Of a DNA stretch of 32,969 nt, positions 16,620 through 22,887 are shown in pieces (the stretch's first letter is position 1; each line of letters starts with the position of its first letter). A program made the position numbers and the translations under genes. The DNA lies in IMG/VR virus record IMGVR_UViG_3300011338_000551, positions 1-32,969 of that record; one strand, 5' to 3'. Origin of the DNA: a virus. Lineage: Duplodnaviria; Caudoviricetes. Under the pieces are notes generated by a model. It had not been told where the DNA came from, searched no databases, and worked only from the letters and a program-made list of their open reading frames with translations.

Positions 16620-16627
16620 CAACTATT

Positions 16628-16645
16628 TGTAAAGCCCCCTTAACT
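16628..16645. promoter_or_regulatory. Central operator-like site between the divergent promoters
   Basis: TGTAAAG-CCCC-CTTAACT, the same AAG-N4-CTT dyad as the other three sites. Confidence 0.65.
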
Positions 16646-16664
16646 TTGAGGGTTTTTGTTGCTA

Positions 16665-16693
16665 TTGACACACAACGCAAGGCCGCTTAACAT
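16665..16693 (+). promoter_or_regulatory. Rightward promoter PR with overlapping operator (16675-16692)
   Basis: TTGACA-17nt-TAACAT; the cro ATG follows after 6 nt. Confidence 0.8.
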
Positions 16694-16699
16694 CGGAAG

Positions 16700-16858
16700 A
16701 TGGACAAAGAAAAAGCAATCAAACTGGCTGGATCAGCCAAGGCGCTTGCCGAACTGTTGGGAATCACCAGGGCGGCCGTCAGCCAATGGGGGAACGATGT
16801 TCCACCGGCACGGGTGTGGCAGTTGAAAGCGTTGCGGCCAAAGTGGTTTAAGGGATAG
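16700..16858 (+). CDS. cro: Cro-like HTH regulator (52 aa; not in ORF track)
   Basis: MDKEKAIKLAGSAKALAELLGITRAAVSQWGNDVPPARVWQLKALRPKWFKG; the recognition helix AAVSQW matches P22 Cro. Confidence 0.9.
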   Translation: MDKEKAIKLAGSAKALAELLGITRAAVSQWGNDVPPARVWQLKALRPKWFKG

Positions 16859-16866
16859 AATTTGTT

Positions 16867-16946
16867 GGAATCCGGCTAGGGTGGAAGTCATGAGCCACCC
16901 GAAAAGCGAGCCTACCCGCCGCCGTGATTTCCTTTTTTTGTGTAGG
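16867..16946 (+). ncRNA. Putative structured cis-regulatory RNA (three-way junction) upstream of the replication initiator
   Basis: Closing stem GGAATCCGGC/GCCGTGATTTCC, hairpins GGGTGG/CCACCC and GCG/CGC, GAAAA linker, U-tract; loop CCTAC is complementary to downstream GTAGG. Confidence 0.55.
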
Positions 16947-16963
16947 ACAGCGTAAGGAAAAAA

Positions 16964-17728
16964 ATGCACTATTACCAGCATCACATTGGTGACTTTATAA
17001 AAGCCACCGCCAGGTTGACCGATGGCCAGGCAATGGCCTATTTGCGGCTGTTGTGGATGTATTACGACACCGAAAAACCCTTGAAGCCCGACACCAAAAT
17101 CCTGGCTTTTCAAATTGGCGCGACCGTTGACGAAACGGAATTGCTGTTGGAATCCTTTTTTTGGTTGGCCGAAAGCGGTTGGCATCACACACGTTGCGAC
17201 CAGGAAATTGCAGAATACCGCGCATTCCTGGAGAAAAAATCCAACGCCGGTCGCGCATCCGCTGAACGTCGGAAGCACAACAGCGCAACGGATGTTGAAC
17301 AGGTGTTGAACGAGTGTTCAACGGATGTTCAACTAACCAGTAACCAACAACCAGTAACCAATAAACCAAAGAGAGAGAGCCAGCGCGGGACGCGCTTGGC
17401 CCCTGACTTTCAGTTGTCGGTTGAATGGATTGATTTTTGTCGCCAACACCGTCCCGAACTTGATCCACAAGAAACGTTTGAGGGGTTCCGCGATTACTGG
17501 ATTGCCCAACCTGGCCAAAAGGGCGTAAAAACCGATTGGACGGCGACTTGGCGCAATTGGGTACGACGACAGCAGCAAGCCAAAAAAACCGCGTCAGAAG
17601 CCCGTTTGGCGCAAATGGCGGCCCTTACCCGCGGCCTGGCAACACCAAAGCCAGCGCCAGCCCCATTTTGGGCAAAACCTGAACAAACCGTGGAGGTGTC
17701 CAATGTGGAACGCAAACGACTTTTGTGA
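16964..17728 (+). CDS. Replication initiator, DUF1376/YdaU-like N-terminus
   Basis: MHYYQHHIGDFIKATARL...AYLRLLWMYY..E.PL...WHHTRCDQEI; C-terminal FRDYW...KTDWTATWRNW; contains iterons. Confidence 0.85.
   Translation: MHYYQHHIGDFIKATARLTDGQAMAYLRLLWMYYDTEKPLKPDTKILAFQIGATVDETELLLESFFWLAESGWHHTRCDQEIAEYRAFLEKKSNAGRASAERRKHNSATDVEQVLNECSTDVQLTSNQQPVTNKPKRESQRGTRLAPDFQLSVEWIDFCRQHRPELDPQETFEGFRDYWIAQPGQKGVKTDWTATWRNWVRRQQQAKKTASEARLAQMAALTRGLATPKPAPAPFWAKPEQTVEVSNVERKRLL
17290..17380 (+). other. Probable replication origin: four tandem 11-bp iterons plus an A/C-rich asymmetric tract
   Basis: GGATGTTGAAC AGGTGTTGAAC GAGTGTTCAAC GGATGTTCAAC (17290-17333), then AACCAGTAACCAA twice and GAGAGAGAG. 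Confidence 0.75.
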
Positions 17729-18092
17729 TGCCGAAAGCGGCTTTGATTACATTTTCAGCAAGATGAACGCCATTTATGGCGCCACGTTTGCCAATCATTG
17801 GCGCGACGTTGACCCTAACCTGATTCGCCAGGTGTGGATCGACGAATGCGGCCGCGGCCTGACGTACCGCCCAAAGATGGATTACGCATTGCAGCACATG
17901 AACCCCGACCGGCCACCGTCAGCCCTGGCTTTTAAAAAACTGTTGATGGATGGCCCGCGTATCCCTGACAAGCCTGAAACGCTGATAACCAGGCAGCCGA
18001 CATTGCACGAACAAATTGAAACCGAAAGAAAAAAACAGGAAGCGTTGGCCAAAATGCGCGAAATGACCAAACATTTAAGGATGCCCAAATGA
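17703..18092 (+). CDS. Putative helicase-loader (lambda P position) protein
   Basis: Follows the initiator; GGAGG RBS; IFSKMNAIYGATF..W....W...PPSALAF pattern. Confidence 0.6.
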   Translation: MWNANDFCDAESGFDYIFSKMNAIYGATFANHWRDVDPNLIRQVWIDECGRGLTYRPKMDYALQHMNPDRPPSALAFKKLLMDGPRIPDKPETLITRQPTLHEQIETERKKQEALAKMREMTKHLRMPK

Positions 18093-18400
18093 CAAAAGAT
18101 CAGGGGCATTTGTTGTTGAACAAACTTCAGGAAGGGCAATCTTTTGACTTCGACCAAATCACCGCAGCCCTTATTGCAACCGGCGACCTTGCCGGATGGC
18201 GAGAAAACAACCTGGTCAGAAGCCTGGCGACGGGAATGCGAAGCCAGGGATTGGCTGCGCCGGTGGAAGATTCACCAGCGCGAGAGGGGAACCAGGCTGG
18301 CGAATGCCTGGTGGTCGGACACGATAGCGAAGATCGAGAAAATCCGCGGCCCTGGTGCAGCGCGTACCTTGCGGCAAGATATGAACAAGGCCAAAGATGA
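18089..18400 (+). CDS. Hypothetical protein
   Basis: ATGA-coupled at both ends; N-terminal LLNKLQEG..ITAALIATGDL. Confidence 0.65.
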   Translation: MTKDQGHLLLNKLQEGQSFDFDQITAALIATGDLAGWRENNLVRSLATGMRSQGLAAPVEDSPAREGNQAGECLVVGHDSEDRENPRPWCSAYLAARYEQGQR

Positions 18401-18428
18401 GAGCAGCCAGGATAGACGCAAACCATGA
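18144..18428 (+). CDS. Overlapping +1-frame hypothetical protein
   Basis: GGAAGG about 8 nt before a TTG; TWSEAWRRECEARDWL...IEKIRGPGAARTLRQDM resembles a small phage helical protein family. Confidence 0.5.
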   Translation: MTSTKSPQPLLQPATLPDGEKTTWSEAWRRECEARDWLRRWKIHQRERGTRLANAWWSDTIAKIEKIRGPGAARTLRQDMNKAKDESSQDRRKP

Positions 18429-18684
18429 ACAAGTTGTTTCGGCACTACGGGCGGCTGGCGCTTCGGTTCAATCTTTGGCTGGTGTTGGCAAAGGCGTACC
18501 GGATTTGCTTGTTGGATTCCAGGGCAAGACATTGCTTATGGAAGTCAAGGATGGCAAGAAAACGCCGTCAGAACGTCGATTGACGGAAGACCAGGTAAGG
18601 TGGCACGGCGCCTGGCGTGGTGGCCCTTTGGCCGTTGTGGATGGCGTGGATGCTGCCTTGCGAATGTTGGGGGTGTTGAAGTGA
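18397..18684 (+). CDS. VRR-NUC / PD-(D/E)xK resolvase-like nuclease
   Basis: RIDANHEQVVSALR..G, GVPDLLVG, LMEVKDG, LTEDQ..W. Confidence 0.85.
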   Translation: MRAARIDANHEQVVSALRAAGASVQSLAGVGKGVPDLLVGFQGKTLLMEVKDGKKTPSERRLTEDQVRWHGAWRGGPLAVVDGVDAALRMLGVLK

Positions 18685-19082
18685 TTTACGAATTGCACAA
18701 CCCGCAGCAAGCCAAAGTTTTGATGGAAAACGTTTGGCCAACCGTCAAGGCCAGTTTGATGGCTGGCCACAAAATGCGCCTGGAAGTGAAACGGGCCACC
18801 AGGTCGTCGGATCAAAACGATATGTTCCACGCCATCATCCACCAAATTTATTTGGCCATGCGGGCGGCTGGTTCCACCTGGTCGGCTGACGATTGGAAAC
18901 GGCTATTGATTGACCAATGGGCGCATGAAACTGACCGCAAGATCGGCAAAGTGGCGCCAAGCCTGGACGGTCAGCGTGTTGTTCAGTTGGGTTGGCAAAC
19001 GCACAAATTCACCATTCCCGACGCCACCGAATTCATCGAATGGTTGTTGGCCTGGTGTGCCGAAAAGGGGATTGAAGCGTGA
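18681..19082 (+). CDS. ninB: NinB/YbcN-family recombination protein
   Basis: GTGA-coupled start at 18681; RSSDQNDMFHAII, WSADDWKRL, SLDGQRVVQLG.QT, EFIEWLLAW. Confidence 0.8.
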   Translation: MIYELHNPQQAKVLMENVWPTVKASLMAGHKMRLEVKRATRSSDQNDMFHAIIHQIYLAMRAAGSTWSADDWKRLLIDQWAHETDRKIGKVAPSLDGQRVVQLGWQTHKFTIPDATEFIEWLLAWCAEKGIEA

Positions 19083-19240
19083 AATGTCCTGAGTGCGGCG
19101 CCTGGACGACCGTAAAAGAAACCCGACGAAAGCCAAACAACGCCAGGTATCGCCGCTATGAATGCGGGAATTTGCACAGATTTACAACCCTGGAAACCGT
19201 ATTGCCGCCCAAAAAACCGAAACTGGAGAATCCCAATTGA
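19079..19240 (+). CDS. NrdR-N/Ogr-like zinc-ribbon protein (53 aa; not in ORF track)
   Basis: MKCPECGAWTTVKETR..RYRRYECGNLHRFTTLE. Confidence 0.8.
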   Translation: MKCPECGAWTTVKETRRKPNNARYRRYECGNLHRFTTLETVLPPKKPKLENPN

Positions 19241-19617
19241 CAGGCTGGCGCAAAAAACAAATCATGCAAGTGCCCAAGCATTCCTACGTCCGAAGCAAAA
19301 AACTGTTGCGCCTGGTGGCCAGCCTTGATTGCCAATTGTGCGGCAGCGGGCATTTTGTCCAGGCAGCACATACAAATTGGGGCGGGGGCAAGGGCCGCGG
19401 CATCAAGGCCGACGACAACCTGGTGGCTGCATTGTGCGCGTCGTGCCATTACGACATTGACCAGGGCGCCCAATGGTCAAAACTTGAACGCAAACAAGCC
19501 TGGTGGGTGGCACACAAAAAAACCGTCGATCACTTGGTTGACAGCGGCCAATGGCCGGTTGACGTGCCGATCCCAAATGATGCAGAATGGGGGCGGCTAT
19601 TTGAGCCGTTGCCTTAA
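19237..19617 (+). CDS. DUF968/Ref-like HNH-type zinc nuclease
   Basis: TTG at 19237 after GGAG (alternative ATG at 19264); RSKKLL..V..L.CQLCG, QAAH, KGRGIKADD, LCASCH. Confidence 0.75.
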   Translation: MTGWRKKQIMQVPKHSYVRSKKLLRLVASLDCQLCGSGHFVQAAHTNWGGGKGRGIKADDNLVAALCASCHYDIDQGAQWSKLERKQAWWVAHKKTVDHLVDSGQWPVDVPIPNDAEWGRLFEPLP

Positions 19618-19618
19618 T

Positions 19619-19643
19619 CGGGGGTTTCGGCCCCCGCTTTTTT
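19619..19643 (+). terminator. Rho-independent terminator ending the replication/nin operon
   Basis: CGGGGGT-TTCG-GCCCCCG followed by CTTTTTT. Confidence 0.85.
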
Positions 19644-19661
19644 CCATTATCATGGGCGAAT

Positions 19662-20021
19662 ATGGAAGACGAATCATCCGAATTTATCGCGGCCATGCTG
19701 CATTCAGGGACAGTTGCACATTTTATGCACCTGAGTACGGATTCGTTTTCCGTTCACCAAGCGTTGAACACGTATTACAACGAAATCATCGACCTGGTTG
19801 ACCAATACGCGGAAGCGTACATGGGCCGTTACGGCCAAATCAAAAAGTGGCCCCAGGAATTTCACAACGCCAAAGAGCCGGTGAAATACCTGGAAAGCCT
19901 AAAAGATTTTGTGGAAGAATCCCGCAAGGATTTGCCACAGGATTCGGAATTGCAAAACCTGGTTGACGAAATCGCCGACCTTATCAATTCCACGTTGTAT
20001 AAACTTCGATTCCTCAAATGA
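19662..20021 (+). CDS. Ferritin-like four-helix phage protein (DUF5856-like)
   Basis: HFMHL.T.SFS.HQAL..YY..I.DLVD.YAEAYMG.YG...LQNLVDEI..LINSTLYKLRFL. Confidence 0.75.
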   Translation: MEDESSEFIAAMLHSGTVAHFMHLSTDSFSVHQALNTYYNEIIDLVDQYAEAYMGRYGQIKKWPQEFHNAKEPVKYLESLKDFVEESRKDLPQDSELQNLVDEIADLINSTLYKLRFLK

Positions 20022-20032
20022 AAGGGAAAACC

Positions 20033-20248
20033 ATGTCAGCAATGAACCAACCCAAAGGCTACGGCTACGGCAGCAATGCAAAAGAACCTTCCGGCGTGAA
20101 AGCCAGCGACGCTGGTGGCGAACGCAAGGGCATGATTAAAAACGGCATTGCAATGGGCAAGGCCGACGCAACTGGCGCCGACAAAAAGTTTGACGGCGGC
20201 CGCAGCAGCGGCGTTTGCTACACACACAGCCGCAGCGGCAAAATGTAA
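20033..20248 (+). CDS. Small Gly/Lys-rich hypothetical protein
   Basis: AAGGGA RBS then ATG at 20033; ends FDGGRSSGVCYTHSRSGKM. Confidence 0.65.
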   Translation: MSAMNQPKGYGYGSNAKEPSGVKASDAGGERKGMIKNGIAMGKADATGADKKFDGGRSSGVCYTHSRSGKM

Positions 20249-21165
20249 TGGCCACCCCGCTGTCAGCAATGGCAGCGGTGCAGCCAGGGCAAATGCCGGT
20301 CGGGAACCGGCTTTCCGCGCTTGCGCCGCAGCCGCAAATGGGCGACCAGCCGGTTAATCCTATTGAGCAAGAGTATTTCAATCGGCTGCAAAACGATTAC
20401 CCTGGCCTGGTGCAGCAGTACCAGCAATTGATGGAATCGGACGAAGGGCGCACGTTGAACACCGACGTGGCCCGTGAACTGTCGGAACATTACCGCGCTG
20501 ACCGTACCAAATCGGCCGACGTGCATGAGCCGTCCAGCGCGTTTGTCAAACAGTATTACGCCGAACGGCTGGCGCAGCCAACCCCCAAAGGTCGTCACCC
20601 AACCGTAGTTTTTACGGCCGGTGGCACGGGTGCGGGTAAAACCAGCGGCATGGAAATGGCCAAACAAGTTGATCCGCGTTTGGGCAAAGCCGAACTGGTT
20701 TATGACACAAACATGAATTCGTTTGATTCGGCCGACAAAAAGATTCGCCAGGCATTGGACGCCAAACGCAAGGTGGACATTGTTTACACCTACCGCGACC
20801 CCGTTGAAGCCCTGGAAAACGGCGCTTTGAAGCGGGCCAAGCGCATGGAAGAAACAATGGGAACCGGCCGCACCGTGCCGCTTTCCGAACACATGAAAAC
20901 CCATTTGGGCGCCCGCCAGGTAATCGAGCAGATCGCCACCAAGTACCGCAACAACCCCCAGGTTCAAATCCGCGTCATTGACAACAGCCGTGGCGCGGGC
21001 AAAGCCCAGTTAAGCAGCCTTGACAAGTTGCCTAAACTGAAGGAAAATGAAGTGAGGAAAGGATTACAAGATGCCCTTGAACGAGCCAAGAAGTCAGGCG
21101 CCATTAGTGACGCCATTTACCGAGGAACCGCGGATTACGCCCGCGCAGCATCGGGAAAACCGTAG
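20248..21165 (+). CDS. Zeta-toxin-like P-loop kinase
   Basis: ATG overlaps the upstream TAA; Walker A VFTAGGTGAGKTS, LVYDTN, VYTYRDP, GRTVP, VIDNS. Confidence 0.75.
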   Translation: MATPLSAMAAVQPGQMPVGNRLSALAPQPQMGDQPVNPIEQEYFNRLQNDYPGLVQQYQQLMESDEGRTLNTDVARELSEHYRADRTKSADVHEPSSAFVKQYYAERLAQPTPKGRHPTVVFTAGGTGAGKTSGMEMAKQVDPRLGKAELVYDTNMNSFDSADKKIRQALDAKRKVDIVYTYRDPVEALENGALKRAKRMEETMGTGRTVPLSEHMKTHLGARQVIEQIATKYRNNPQVQIRVIDNSRGAGKAQLSSLDKLPKLKENEVRKGLQDALERAKKSGAISDAIYRGTADYARAASGKP

Positions 21166-21253
21166 AAACGAGGCCGAAGCCACGGCGATGGCCGAAGCCA
21201 TTGCCCGCGCTTTGAACCAAAGCGTAATTGAAGGGAAACTGCCTAATGGCTGA
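21107..21253 (+). CDS. Possible small ORF overlapping the kinase 3' end
   Basis: GTG at 21107 (or ATG at 21071); fills the otherwise empty 21166-21245 gap and overlaps the next start. Confidence 0.45.
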   Translation: MTPFTEEPRITPAQHRENRRNEAEATAMAEAIARALNQSVIEGKLPNG

Positions 21254-21485
21254 TCCAACGTGCCTTACGTGCGAATTTTTCCGCAATGCCCAGGTGATGG
21301 GAACGTGCCGACGCTATCCAGCGCCGCAAAACAAACACCAAAACGATTGGTGTGGCGAACACCAAATCAAAATGGTTACGTTGCCGGTGTACGACATTAT
21401 GACGGACACCACCACCGAAGCCAAAATGCCCGCCCCTAAGAAACCTGGAAGGAAGCCCAAAAATGCAAATAATCCCGCTGCATGA
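21246..21485 (+). CDS. Small Cys-rich metal-binding protein
   Basis: CLTCEFF...GTCRRYP...DWCGEH; basic KKPGRKPK tail. Confidence 0.7.
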   Translation: MADPTCLTCEFFRNAQVMGTCRRYPAPQNKHQNDWCGEHQIKMVTLPVYDIMTDTTTEAKMPAPKKPGRKPKNANNPAA

Positions 21486-21723
21486 TCGCGTCCTGGTCAA
21501 GCCAATCGTTCGCAGTTTGTCGGACGTTTTGATCGTTGAAAACAAGGAAAAATTCAACGAAGGCACGATTGTGGCCATCGGCCCCAAGGTCAACGACGTG
21601 AAGGTTGGCGAACGCATCAAATACGGCAATGGCACGTATCTTGATTGGCCCGTCCACAAAATCGACGGTGAAGATCATCAACTGATCCAGGAAGGCGACG
21701 TGGCTTGCGTCGTGGAGGAATAA
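21463..21723 (+). CDS. groES: GroES/Cpn10-like co-chaperonin
   Basis: IIPLHDRVLVKP, GTIVAIGP, VKVGERIKY, LIQEGDVACVVE. Confidence 0.88.
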   Translation: MQIIPLHDRVLVKPIVRSLSDVLIVENKEKFNEGTIVAIGPKVNDVKVGERIKYGNGTYLDWPVHKIDGEDHQLIQEGDVACVVEE

Positions 21724-21725
21724 AC

Positions 21726-21890
21726 ATGGCAACCAAACCAGGGCTTTATGCCAACATTCATGCCAAGCAAGAACGCATCAAGCGGGAAAAGGCCGAAGGC
21801 AAGCCCGTCGAACGTATGCGTAAGCCAGGCACAAAAGGCGCCCCCACGGCAGCCGCTTTCAAGCAATCAGCAAAGACGGCCAAAAAATGA
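21726..21890 (+). CDS. Small basic protein
   Basis: GGAGG RBS; KPGLYANIHAKQERI...MRKPGTKGAPTAAAFKQSAKTAKK. Confidence 0.8.
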   Translation: MATKPGLYANIHAKQERIKREKAEGKPVERMRKPGTKGAPTAAAFKQSAKTAKK

Positions 21891-22159
21891 AAAAGCACGA
21901 CAAACCAATCCCGCATAAAACAACGGGCAAAGGCAAGACGTACAACCCCACCGACAAAGGGGCTGGTATGACCGCCAAAGGTCGTGCAGAATACAACGCA
22001 AAGAACAATGCAAATTTGAAACCGCCAGCACCAAATCCTAAAACAAAAGCCGACGCGGGCCGCAAAGCGTCGTTTTGTGCCAGGATGGAAGGGGTGGTTA
22101 AAAATGCCAAAGGCCCCGCTGAACGGGCCAAAGCCAGCCTAAAAAACTGGAACTGTTAA
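21887..22159 (+). CDS. Small basic protein (DUF6321-like)
   Basis: GMTAKGRAEYN...NLKPP...RKASFCARM...SLKNWNC. Confidence 0.75.
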   Translation: MKKHDKPIPHKTTGKGKTYNPTDKGAGMTAKGRAEYNAKNNANLKPPAPNPKTKADAGRKASFCARMEGVVKNAKGPAERAKASLKNWNC

Positions 22160-22183
22160 ACAACTTTTTTAAAGGAAACCAAA

Positions 22184-22585
22184 ATGTCCAATTCAATCGC
22201 AACCGGCGTTGCATACGCAGACCCCGAATTCACCACAATGTACGCATCCCAGGAAATCGGTTACACGACAGCCGCCCAGGGTACTGTTACCCAAGCAACC
22301 AGCAAATCTACCGGTGTCACCCTGAACAAGAGCATGGGCCGCATCACAATGAACGCCGCATCATTGGCTGCCGGTACATCCGTTCTTTTTACATTGACCA
22401 ATAGTCTAATCAGCGCGGGCGACGTTGTTGTGGTTAGCGTGTCAGGTGGTGGCACGGCTGGCGCTTACTGGCCGTTCGTATCAAGCCAAACAACCGGTTC
22501 AGCCGTCATTGGCCTTTACAACAACACCGGTGGCGCTTTGGCTGAAGCCGTAATCATCAACTACGCCATCATTCACGCGCAATAA
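22184..22585 (+). CDS. Putative virion structural/decoration protein
   Basis: AAAGGA RBS; GTVTQATSKSTGVTLNK..GRITM; T/A/S-rich, predicted beta. Confidence 0.65.
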   Translation: MSNSIATGVAYADPEFTTMYASQEIGYTTAAQGTVTQATSKSTGVTLNKSMGRITMNAASLAAGTSVLFTLTNSLISAGDVVVVSVSGGGTAGAYWPFVSSQTTGSAVIGLYNNTGGALAEAVIINYAIIHAQ

Positions 22586-22595
22586 GGATTAAGCA

Positions 22596-22781
22596 ATGCT
22601 GACTAGCGAGAAAATCACCGCCCGCATTGCTGAATTGCAAGGGTTGGCCAAGCAACACGAGGCCATCCTTTTGCAAATCAGCGGCGCGATCCAGGAATAC
22701 CAAAACGTGTTGGCCCAGGCCAGCGTAGAAAAAGGTGAAGCCGATGCCGTTGATCCGATCAATGACGCCCAAAGCGTTTAA
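22596..22781 (+). CDS. Small coiled-coil protein
   Basis: ITARIAELQ...LLQISGAIQEYQNVL. Confidence 0.65.
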   Translation: MLTSEKITARIAELQGLAKQHEAILLQISGAIQEYQNVLAQASVEKGEADAVDPINDAQSV

Positions 22782-22887
22782 AGAAAACATCAAAACTGAA
22801 GTGAAGGCCGGTAAGCCCGTCAAACAGGCCGTGGCCATCGCCTATTCCGAAAAGCGGGAAGCCGCAAAGAAGCAAAAGAAAAAATGA
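22744..22887 (+). CDS. Small basic protein (47 aa; not in ORF track)
   Basis: AAGGTG RBS; MPLIRSMTPKAFKENIKTEVKAGKPVKQAVAIAYSEKREAAKKQKKK; ATGA-coupled to terS. Confidence 0.75.
   Translation: MPLIRSMTPKAFKENIKTEVKAGKPVKQAVAIAYSEKREAAKKQKKK

Noticed and set aside
16867-16940. tRNA gene
   Set aside because: Only two internal hairpins, with no T-loop GTTC motif or cloverleaf. Kept as a putative regulatory RNA instead.
16733-17278. 181-aa minus-strand ORF as the missing repressor
   Set aside because: It is antisense to cro and the initiator and has no HTH or S24 peptidase motifs.
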